The translations under genes and the position numbers were made by a program. From Clostridiales bacterium (GTDB lineage: Bacteria > Bacillota > Clostridia > Christensenellales > Borkfalkiaceae), in assembly GCA_015055735.1 (NCBI GenBank), contig SVHP01000001.1, positions 10,506-74,505 of the forward strand: 64,000 nt of DNA, given 5' to 3'. The notes beneath the pieces were generated by a model that saw only the letters and a program-made list of their open reading frames with translations, was not told the DNA's origin and did not search any database. Positions 19,409-27,161 of this stretch are shown here, piece after piece. How positions within the stretch are numbered: the first letter of the stretch is position 1; every line of letters begins with the position of its first letter.

Positions 19409-19879
19409 TTATTCAAAGTCGATATACTCGTTGATTTTAACAATACTTTTTAGTTCGATTGTAAAGGTGTCTTTTTGGCTAACCTTTAACGTTATAACCT
19501 TTTTATCCTTATCGTAAGAAGTCAATACTCCGTCGTAATTCTTCTTTCCCTTTATAGATGCGTAAAGTTTAACCTCAACCATTTGACCAATATGGTCCAA
19601 AAAATCCTTGTCGGTCTTAAACGGTCTATCTATGCCCAAACTTGAAACGTTTAATCTATACGGTTGATTAAAGGTTGGGTCGAACTCGTCTAACGGCTCG
19701 TCTATCGCCCTATGAAAAAGTTCGCAAGTATCAAGGTCTATCCCACCGTCCTTATCGATATAAAAAGTTAATTCTGGATTTTTGCCTTGTTTGAACTCAA
19801 CTTCAACCACTGTTATCCCTAACGGCGTTGCAATATTTTGAGCAAATTCTAATATTTCGGCGTTACTTTTTACCTTCAT
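19409..19879 (-). CDS. rimP: Ribosome maturation factor RimP
   Basis: 156 aa and the first gene of the nusA operon. RimP-like N-terminal pattern. Confidence 0.9.
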   Translation of the reverse strand: MKVKSNAEILEFAQNIATPLGITVVEVEFKQGKNPELTFYIDKDGGIDLDTCELFHRAIDEPLDEFDPTFNQPYRLNVSSLGIDRPFKTDKDFLDHIGQMVEVKLYASIKGKKNYDGVLTSYDKDKKVITLKVSQKDTFTIELKSIVKINEYIDFE

Positions 19880-19900
19880 AAATCTCCTTTATAAAAAGAT

Positions 19901-19924
19901 ATGAGAACGGGCAACCGTTCTCAT
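19901..19924 (-). terminator. Intrinsic terminator-like hairpin, either ending the upstream gene or acting as a leader attenuator of rimP-nusA
   Basis: ATGAGAACGG-GCAA-CCGTTCTCAT, a 10-bp perfect stem followed on the minus strand by ATCTTTTTAT. It lies downstream of a candidate promoter (19954-19982). Confidence 0.5.
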
Positions 19925-19953
19925 AAGTCAAGCATCATGATTTAAGCATATTT

Positions 19954-19982
19954 ATAATAGCACAATTCTATGAATTTTGCAA
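19954..19982 (-). promoter_or_regulatory. Candidate rimP-nusA operon promoter, TTGCAA-17-TATTAT
   Basis: On the minus strand, TTGCAA (19977-19982), a 17-nt spacer, then TATTAT (19954-19959). Confidence 0.4.
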
Positions 19983-19989
19983 GCGTTTT

Positions 19990-21516
19990 TTAATTATTTT
20001 TTAATTTCATCATCTCGATTAACGCTTCAGCCGTTGCGTAAGCATCGGCTAGCGCACGGTGATGGTTAAATGTTATACCAAAATGGTCTGCAATAGTTTG
20101 TAAATCGTGTCGTCTTAAACTTGGCAAAACTTGTCTTGCAACTTCTACCGAGTCGATTACTTTATTCTTAACTTCAAACTCGCTCGCCCCAGCAAAGCGC
20201 TTGATAAATTTCATATCGAAATCGGCGTTATGCGCAACCAATATTGCGCCGTCTATAAACTTGATAAAGTCGGGAATAACAGCGCTAATTTTAGGCGAAT
20301 CTTTTACCATATCTTCAGTAATTCCCGTAATCTTTGCGTTTTCTTCGGTAATTTTATAGTCGGGCTTAACTAGCGTTGTAAAATGTTCGACTATCTTTCC
20401 CCCTACCATTTTTACTGCGCCTATTTCGGTTATGCCGTTATTCATAAAATCAAGCCCCGTAGTTTCCAAATCGAACACTACGTAAGTATTGTCGGTAAGT
20501 TCTGCTGGCAATATTTCTTCACTATCAAAAACGCTTTTAACCTTAATACTAACCTTAGCAGGCTCTGGAAATATCAATTTATATTCCCTTGGCGTTTTCT
20601 TTTTATACTTATCCTTTTTCACAAAGTCTTTTGGAAAAGTACAACGGTTTATCTTGTCAAAAGTAAAAGATCTTCTACCGTTATATTCGCCAATGCTACC
20701 CCTTGCTATTATACACTCGCCAACGACGATTTCTTTAATTTTATGATAAGTACTCTTTTTAGAAAAGTACACACCACTGGTCTTACCCGTAGTATCGTCC
20801 AAATGAATAATCAAGAACGGTTTACCGTTTTTAGTTTGACGCTCTTGAATATCGGTAACCGTACCACAAACTGTCACTTCGCCCTGATTAGCGTCTTCTA
20901 TGTAAAGGGCAAGATCCCCCATATTTTCATCGTCTATAACGACCACGTCTTGAACTTTAATAGTTCTATGCTCTATCTTTTGAAGTTGATCTTCATAAAC
21001 TTCTTCAGACAGTAAACTGAACGTTTCTTCAGCTTCTTTTATATCGGTACTTCCCACGAACTCCGAACAAAACAGTTTAGATAAGTGTGCGTTAAGTTTT
21101 TGCATAGCTCCGTTTTTAACTACGTATTCGGCCCCGTCCTTAGTAAGCCTTAACACGTATTTAACTAAATCGCCAACCACCGTAGAAATAATATCGGTAG
21201 GCTTTAGAAAGATCGAGATAGACGGATAGTTATCGCTTAAAAACTTAAAAATTTCGTTGTTAACGAGTTCGTCGTTACTTACGATCTTTTTAACGGTCAC
21301 TTGCACTTCGGTAAAAATAGGCGAAGTAATTTTTTCAGCGTGTTTTAGAATTTGCTGTTGCAAGTCGCTATCGATAGCCCTGTCGCATATAAAATTGTAT
21401 CTAATAGAATACTTTTTCTTATCGATCTCTATAGAACTAATCTTGACGTTTTTCAACCTTTCGTCAAGAAGTCTTATATCCGATAAAAACTCAGCATTAC
21501 TTTTTATCGTAAACAT
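19990..21516 (-). CDS. DnaQ-like 3'-5' exonuclease fused to an OB-fold and a PolC-type N-terminal region (no PHP or polymerase domains)
   Basis: C-terminal Exo I/II/III motifs: VVFDLETTGL, AHNADFDMKF, HRALADAYA. The central segment VTVCGTVTDIQERQTKNGKPFLIIHLDDTTG...ARGSIGEYNGR looks like the PolC OB domain. Confidence 0.7.
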   Translation of the reverse strand: MFTIKSNAEFLSDIRLLDERLKNVKISSIEIDKKKYSIRYNFICDRAIDSDLQQQILKHAEKITSPIFTEVQVTVKKIVSNDELVNNEIFKFLSDNYPSISIFLKPTDIISTVVGDLVKYVLRLTKDGAEYVVKNGAMQKLNAHLSKLFCSEFVGSTDIKEAEETFSLLSEEVYEDQLQKIEHRTIKVQDVVVIDDENMGDLALYIEDANQGEVTVCGTVTDIQERQTKNGKPFLIIHLDDTTGKTSGVYFSKKSTYHKIKEIVVGECIIARGSIGEYNGRRSFTFDKINRCTFPKDFVKKDKYKKKTPREYKLIFPEPAKVSIKVKSVFDSEEILPAELTDNTYVVFDLETTGLDFMNNGITEIGAVKMVGGKIVEHFTTLVKPDYKITEENAKITGITEDMVKDSPKISAVIPDFIKFIDGAILVAHNADFDMKFIKRFAGASEFEVKNKVIDSVEVARQVLPSLRRHDLQTIADHFGITFNHHRALADAYATAEALIEMMKLKNN

Positions 21517-22544
21517 TTATCAATTTCTCCAAAAAATTCCCTTTGTACGTCATTTTTATCCACTTGCTTAACTATTTTCCCCTTTACGAAAATAGCGCAG
21601 TGATCCTTTGCGCCTGCAACGCCTAAGTCTGCATCTTTTGCTTCGCCAGGGCCGTTAACCACGCAACCCATAACGGCAATTTTTAATGGTTTTTTAATAT
21701 TTGCAGTATAATCTTCCACCTTTTTAGCAAAAGCCATGCAGTCCCACTCGCATCTACCACAAGTTGGACAAGCGATAATCTTTACACCTTGGTCGTACAT
21801 ATCGAGCGCCGAAAGAATAGATTTTGCAGCGATTACTTCCCTTTCAGTATCGGCTGAAAGGCTAACCCTAATGGTATCGCCAATGCCTTTGAGCAACAGT
21901 GCGCCTATACCCATAGCATTTTTAATTACGCCGTTATATTCAGTACCTGCCTCAGTCACTCCTAAATGCAAAGGATAATCGGTTTTGGTCGCTATGTATT
22001 CGTAAGCCTTAACGGCAAGTCTAACGTCGGAGGCTTTTACCGAAATAACGATATCGTTTACGCCGTATTTTTCAAGCAAAGCGACGTTTTTCAAGGCGCT
22101 TTCTCCAAGCGAGATTTCATTTTTGCCGTATTTAGCCAAAAACTCCTTTTCAACACTGCCCGTGTTTGCGCCAACTCTAACGGGGATTTTAGCGCTCTTT
22201 ACAGCATCTGCAACAGCCTTAACGTTATTCTCCCCACCGATATTGCCAGGGTTAATCCTAATCTTATCTGCCCCACCGTCTATGGCTTTTATTGCGAGTT
22301 TATGATCAAAGTGAATATCGGCAACGAGTGGAATATCCACGAGTTTTTTTAGTTTTATAAAGGCGCTAGCATCCTTATCGTCTAACACCGAATAACGCAT
22401 TATATCAAGCCCTAATTCTTTTAATCTTACAAGTTCTTGATAAACCTTGTCGGTATCCGAAATTCTATGCGTAGACATAGATTGAATTTTAATTCTTTCT
22501 CCACCACCTATTACGGTGTTACCAATTACAATTTTCTTACTCAT
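21504..22544 (-). CDS. ispG: 4-hydroxy-3-methylbut-2-en-1-yl diphosphate synthase
   Basis: IKIQSMST, RINPGNIG, and C-terminal CPTCGRC plus GCVVNGPGE. The start is taken at MSKKIVIG (ATG 22544). Confidence 0.9.
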   Translation of the reverse strand: MSKKIVIGNTVIGGGERIKIQSMSTHRISDTDKVYQELVRLKELGLDIMRYSVLDDKDASAFIKLKKLVDIPLVADIHFDHKLAIKAIDGGADKIRINPGNIGGENNVKAVADAVKSAKIPVRVGANTGSVEKEFLAKYGKNEISLGESALKNVALLEKYGVNDIVISVKASDVRLAVKAYEYIATKTDYPLHLGVTEAGTEYNGVIKNAMGIGALLLKGIGDTIRVSLSADTEREVIAAKSILSALDMYDQGVKIIACPTCGRCEWDCMAFAKKVEDYTANIKKPLKIAVMGCVVNGPGEAKDADLGVAGAKDHCAIFVKGKIVKQVDKNDVQREFFGEIDKCLR

Positions 22545-22551
22545 AAAAATT

Positions 22552-22580
22552 ATTATAGCATAACTTATTCTAAATGTAAA
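22552..22580 (-). promoter_or_regulatory. Candidate ispG promoter, TTTACA-17-TATAAT, 7 nt from the ATG
   Basis: On the minus strand, TTTACA (22575-22580), a 17-nt spacer, TATAAT (22552-22557), then AATTTTT and the ATG. No SD. Confidence 0.45.
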
Positions 22581-22646
22581 GAAAATATATAAATTGTACA
22601 TCTTATCAAATTTATTAAAACGTAAACTTTTTGGCGCTAAAAACTA

Positions 22647-22664
22647 AAAGGGGTTATCCCCCTT
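22647..22664 (-). terminator. Intrinsic terminator closing the phage-derived operon
   Basis: Minus strand reads AAGGGGG-ATAA-CCCCTT followed by TTAGTTTTT. Confidence 0.6.
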
Positions 22665-22686
22665 CTAGCTTTTAAGTTTAAGATAG

Positions 22687-23583
22687 TTAAATACCAGCCC
22701 TTACTTTATAGGTATAGACGATTTCAGTATAATATTCGTCTAGATATATTGCTAGTTTTCGTTCTGAAGAAATATCGTAAAAGGCGTCGGTGGCGTTCAA
22801 GGTATCGTAATAACCGCAAACGCATCTAATAACGTCTTCGTAATATCCCATTTCAACTAACTGGTCGTGAGTAATTTCACCCGAAGTAATATCCAAAAAT
22901 CTCAACTCAAAACTTGCATTAATTTCTTTTAGACTATTGTCGTATCTTTGAATCTTTTCTTCAATGGCGTTATTGTACTTAAAAATTTCGTTGCTTAATT
23001 TTTTTCTATCTTCTTTAAGCTCCACTACTTTTGCTGTCTTTTCCTTACTGTGAATAGATGAAAAATAGGTTGAACTATCGTCAAGTTTTTTCTCAAGTGC
23101 AGTCTTTTTTGCAGTTAAACTTGCAACTTCGCTATCGCAACTAAGATTTATCTCGGTAATCTTTGCATTTTTCTCTTGTTCTAATTGGGCAGTCTTATCT
23201 ATGATAATAGACGAATTTATAAGCCCAGAACTTGCAATTTGACCTTGAATTTTTTTCAAACTTTGCTCGTAAAGTTGATTAACCTCATCAACTTGTTTAG
23301 CACTGTTTTGATTAACGAGATCAATTTTTGTTTGTATTTCAGTTATTTCTAAACTAATTTCTTGCTGATAATTTTTTATTTCTCGTTCGTGACTAGCAGA
23401 AAGCAAAGTATTTGCAGTAGTATTAAGTTCGGTATCGGTCGGTACTGCCGTACTCATTTTATCTAAATCCAACGGCAATAAGTTGATACCTTGAAAACCT
23501 TCTCGCCTAATCCTATAATAGTAAAACAAGTCGTTTAGCACAACGTACATTTGCGCCTTGGTCGTAGGTAAATTAAATTCCAT
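22687..23583 (-). CDS. Hypothetical protein, central coiled-coil (last gene of the phage-derived operon)
   Basis: 298-aa ORF with AGGAG RBS, 10 nt after the preceding stop. Long heptad-like E/K/Q/L-rich middle. I recognise no family. Confidence 0.6.
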   Translation of the reverse strand: MEFNLPTTKAQMYVVLNDLFYYYRIRREGFQGINLLPLDLDKMSTAVPTDTELNTTANTLLSASHEREIKNYQQEISLEITEIQTKIDLVNQNSAKQVDEVNQLYEQSLKKIQGQIASSGLINSSIIIDKTAQLEQEKNAKITEINLSCDSEVASLTAKKTALEKKLDDSSTYFSSIHSKEKTAKVVELKEDRKKLSNEIFKYNNAIEEKIQRYDNSLKEINASFELRFLDITSGEITHDQLVEMGYYEDVIRCVCGYYDTLNATDAFYDISSERKLAIYLDEYYTEIVYTYKVRAGI

Positions 23584-23593
23584 ATTTTTTCTC

Positions 23594-24829
23594 CTATAAA
23601 CTATATTCTAATTGTAAATTTTTAGCCTTCAAATCACCACTGTCAACGCTAATTTCAAAAGTAAAATCACAAGAATACAAATTCAAAATCTTTTTACAAT
23701 ACCCTTTCTTCAAACTATATTCTTTACTTCCAAAATCACCTTTGACTACAAGTAACGCGTCGCAATCTAGATGAATAGACAAAGATAATAACGATTTTTT
23801 AACGTTAGTGTTAAAATCAACCTTTTTACTTATCCATTTTCCACTCTGTCTAGTATCCTTTTCCAAAGTAAGCGTACAAATATACCCACTAGAATTATCG
23901 ACGTAAAACTCTCCTCCACACAAAGCGCAACTGCCCTTTTCGGTCAAGCACTGTTTGTTAGAAACCGTGTCGTATACGTAGATATAATTTTTATAATCGA
24001 CCATACTCGACATCGGCAAGTAATATTTTCCACCGCCCGAATAAGCCACGTCTTGCCTAACAAGTTGGTAGTCGCTTATAACCGAGTCAATTTCGCTTAC
24101 CCTATCCTTTTTGTAAGAACAAAGTTTATTAGCGTTCATAAATAGTATTGAGTCGCCTACTGCACAAACACTACCTTGTTCGATCTTCAAGCTATCGGCG
24201 TAAAGTTTATTTAACGCATAGTCATAATCACTTGAAATGGTTAATTTGTACATGGCTTTTTCACAAACTATCAAAAGCGCTTTGTCGTAATCAAATATTC
24301 TCATGATACGCTCGTCGTTTTCATCTAGATTTATAAAATTAAAATCACTCGCTTGAACGCTAAAGTCAACGAAGTCAAATTCTTTACTAAAATACAAAGT
24401 ATTACCATTTGCAACGAATATTCTTCCGTTATAAGTGCAAGCATCGGTGCCGTAAGGCACTGAAACGTTGGTATTAGTTTCCCCCAAAACAACGGCCTCA
24501 GAATTACTTAAAACCAACACGGTATCCTGCCCCTTAAACTTAACTTTAGACAGGGTTGGCGTTTTGTTTATACCTTCTAGCCTTTTAACAAAAGAAATGC
24601 CTTGAAATTCGTAAAGGCTTTTGTCGGAGCATAAAACGAATACCCTGTTTGCTACAAAATATCCTTTTACGACTTTAGCAGGCGCTTGACAAAACATGCT
24701 TTGTTTTTTAACGTTTAACTCTAATTCTTTTCCAACGTCAAGATTAACGGCGAGATTAGTAAGGTTAGAAAAATCTTCAACTATTAAAGTTTTTTTGTTC
24801 ATTTTACCCTGCGTCAAATACTCTTTCAT
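23594..24829 (-). CDS. Hypothetical protein, beta-rich repeats (phage-derived operon)
   Basis: Start moved to the ATG at 24829 (MKEYLTQGK), which overlaps the upstream stop as TAATG and has AAAGGAG upstream. Recurrent short hydrophobic beta-strand-like segments. No recognised family. Confidence 0.6.
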   Translation of the reverse strand: MKEYLTQGKMNKKTLIVEDFSNLTNLAVNLDVGKELELNVKKQSMFCQAPAKVVKGYFVANRVFVLCSDKSLYEFQGISFVKRLEGINKTPTLSKVKFKGQDTVLVLSNSEAVVLGETNTNVSVPYGTDACTYNGRIFVANGNTLYFSKEFDFVDFSVQASDFNFINLDENDERIMRIFDYDKALLIVCEKAMYKLTISSDYDYALNKLYADSLKIEQGSVCAVGDSILFMNANKLCSYKKDRVSEIDSVISDYQLVRQDVAYSGGGKYYLPMSSMVDYKNYIYVYDTVSNKQCLTEKGSCALCGGEFYVDNSSGYICTLTLEKDTRQSGKWISKKVDFNTNVKKSLLSLSIHLDCDALLVVKGDFGSKEYSLKKGYCKKILNLYSCDFTFEISVDSGDLKAKNLQLEYSL

Positions 24830-25389
24830 TAAACCCAACTCCTTTGTTTTATCTTGGAATTTTTTGGCAAACACAAAAGTTCAACGCTCGCAGCGTATCG
24901 CTTATGAAAAGCAACTGCGTCATCTAAACGCCCTTCGCTAATAGCAAGTTCAGCCAAGAGTCCGTAAGCAATAACTCGTGCAGGGACGTCCTTTTCCATA
25001 TACCCTATTTCTTGGTCTATTGAATAAGTAGGTGGAGAATATTCGTACTCAACGTCGACCGTCACGTGATTAAGAAGGATATATTCGGGCATTTGAGTAA
25101 AATTTACACTCGTTCCATCTTTTAGGTAAACCGAACGAATTTTCAATATTTTATCTTCTAATCTAGAATAATAAATTTTCCCACCGACACTACTGATCGA
25201 TTTAGTTTTAATCATAGGAATATAAGTGGTTGCTAATTCGTTTATAACCAAGTTAGCAAGTCCAACCATGCTATCTACTTGAGTGGAGGTTTCCACCCCT
25301 ACGTTTTGCACGTTGCCGTCCAAATAATCTATTATTTCCTTTCTATTTATCATCAACGCTGCCATTTTTATTATATCTTTAATTTGCAT
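24829..25389 (-). CDS. Hypothetical protein (position consistent with a head completion/adaptor protein)
   Basis: 186-aa ORF directly after the capsid gene and hairpin, with AGGAG RBS. The function is suggested by position only. Confidence 0.55.
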   Translation of the reverse strand: MQIKDIIKMAALMINRKEIIDYLDGNVQNVGVETSTQVDSMVGLANLVINELATTYIPMIKTKSISSVGGKIYYSRLEDKILKIRSVYLKDGTSVNFTQMPEYILLNHVTVDVEYEYSPPTYSIDQEIGYMEKDVPARVIAYGLLAELAISEGRLDDAVAFHKRYAASVELLCLPKNSKIKQRSWV

Positions 25390-25409
25390 AATTTCTCCTT
25401 TTTATACAA

Positions 25410-25436
25410 ATTGCCGAGCCTATAAGACTCGGCAAT
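25410..25436 (-). terminator. Hairpin after the capsid gene (partial terminator or mRNA stabiliser)
   Basis: ATTGCCGAG (25410-25418) pairs with CTCGGCAAT (25428-25436). On the minus strand it is followed by TTGTATAAAAAGGAG, which leads into the next ORF. Confidence 0.5.
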
Positions 25437-25462
25437 TTAGTTTGTAAATTTTTTAGATGATA

Positions 25463-26638
25463 TTATTCTGTAATACTAGCAATCATACCTTGACCTGCTG
25501 GACAAGAACAAATAAGATCTGCGTATTTTACGAGAGTAGCAGTATAAACTGGTTTTCCAGGCACTTGACGAAGAACCTTTCCGTCGTCGCCTGAAAGCCA
25601 TTGCCAATCGCAAAGTTGATGTAATGCAAAATCGTTAGTATTAAGCAAATACATAGTACCTTTTGGACAAAATCTATCGGCAACGATAGGAATACCGTTA
25701 AACGACATAGCCTTAAAACCACCAGCCAACTCCATAGTGTCTACCACACGTTTATTTTGAGAGAACAATTTTTGAAGCGCTCTTCTAACACCTAACGAAC
25801 AAACGATGAAGTTTACCTTATTACCACTCTTAAGTTCAATTTCGTCAAGTGCGATTTGAATAGCTTCTTCACTAATTTCGCCACTCAAGTGTTTGATGTA
25901 CGGATTAAGAATAGGAGTTTGAGCCTTATTAGCGCCGTAAATATTAGTAATTTTATTATCGAATATTGCGCCAAGCCCCGTGATTTCGTTATTATACGAA
26001 CCTTGAAGCATTAAGTAAGCGTATGAAGGAAGATTATCTTCTATAACTTCCTCACCCGAAATAGTTACCATGCTCATATCTCTATCGATATTAATAATTT
26101 TTCTTCCCGTAGCGCCAGCAACAGGTACGCCTTGTCCGTCTACGATGTCAACTATCATACCTTCAGAAAGGTTGTTCAAGTTGTCAACGTCTAGCATGCC
26201 GTCGGCAATACTTCTAATGCTTGCTAGAAAGCCCGTACCGTTACCGTAAAGCATTCTTCCAAAGTTAAACGAACTTGCTTTAATAAGGCTTTCCATTTCA
26301 GAATTTAATAAACTTACGAACGAACCAGCGTTATTTTCAGAGGCTCTAATCGCCTTATCAGAAATTTCGATTACGCCGTACAAGTTCTTTAAGGTCGATA
26401 CTAGTTGAACGTAGTTATTTCCAGAAGCTGCTGGGAGACCACCGTCTTCAGTACCCGCACCGATACCACCGTTAAGACCTGAAACTGCTAATTTTCTAAC
26501 TTCTTTACCCCAAACGTCGTTGGTAGTTTTCTTAATTGCCGCAAAGAAAGGGTTAACGTATCCGTCAAGTTGTGAACTCACTGCATCTAAGTAATATGTT
26601 TTTAACGCATTATCAGCGTTTTGTAAAGTAATAGCCAT
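25463..26638 (-). CDS. Phage major capsid protein (likely HK97-fold)
   Basis: 391 aa, located directly after a scaffold-like gene and downstream of portal and TerL. Strong AGGAG RBS and its own downstream hairpin. The call rests on context and general resemblance, not a named motif. Confidence 0.65.
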   Translation of the reverse strand: MAITLQNADNALKTYYLDAVSSQLDGYVNPFFAAIKKTTNDVWGKEVRKLAVSGLNGGIGAGTEDGGLPAASGNNYVQLVSTLKNLYGVIEISDKAIRASENNAGSFVSLLNSEMESLIKASSFNFGRMLYGNGTGFLASIRSIADGMLDVDNLNNLSEGMIVDIVDGQGVPVAGATGRKIINIDRDMSMVTISGEEVIEDNLPSYAYLMLQGSYNNEITGLGAIFDNKITNIYGANKAQTPILNPYIKHLSGEISEEAIQIALDEIELKSGNKVNFIVCSLGVRRALQKLFSQNKRVVDTMELAGGFKAMSFNGIPIVADRFCPKGTMYLLNTNDFALHQLCDWQWLSGDDGKVLRQVPGKPVYTATLVKYADLICSCPAGQGMIASITE

Positions 26639-26708
26639 AATTTCTCCTTTTTAATAAAAATAATATAATGTTTGTAAAATTTTAATTTTTTGGTTGTAGT
26701 TTTACCTA

Positions 26709-27161
26709 TTAGTTATTCACCAATAGTTTTTTAGCGAGATTCCCCGCTTCTTCAATGGTTTTTGGTCTAGAAACGGGAGTCTTCACGCCTGCTCCTGCCC
26801 CATCCATAACGATGGCTTGTGGCTTTTTATTAAGCACGTCAAGTAGGTATTCTTTTAACACGTCTTCTTTATCAACCGAATTTTCACCTATATTTGACGG
26901 CTCGTTTTTATCCGTTTGTATTTTTTCATCAACTTGATGATCAGCCGTTTTTTGTTGACCCTCAGCAATTTTGCTTTCCAATTCTTTTATTTTCTGACAG
27001 CGTTTGGTAAATTCAGACTGTAAAGAATTGTAAGCGTTGACAAGCGAGTCTACGTCCTTAAACTTTCCAAATGAGACTTCACTTTTTTTATCGCCTAAAT
27101 CTTTTTCCGTCTCCACGGTGTGCGTTTTAAGTTCTGTTTGTTCATTAATTATTTGTTCCAT
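26709..27161 (-). CDS. Phage capsid scaffolding protein
   Basis: 150 aa, acidic and helical. The segment FGKFKDVDSLVNAYNSLQSEFTKR resembles scaffold proteins. Lies between portal and capsid. Confidence 0.6.
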   Translation of the reverse strand: MEQIINEQTELKTHTVETEKDLGDKKSEVSFGKFKDVDSLVNAYNSLQSEFTKRCQKIKELESKIAEGQQKTADHQVDEKIQTDKNEPSNIGENSVDKEDVLKEYLLDVLNKKPQAIVMDGAGAGVKTPVSRPKTIEEAGNLAKKLLVNN

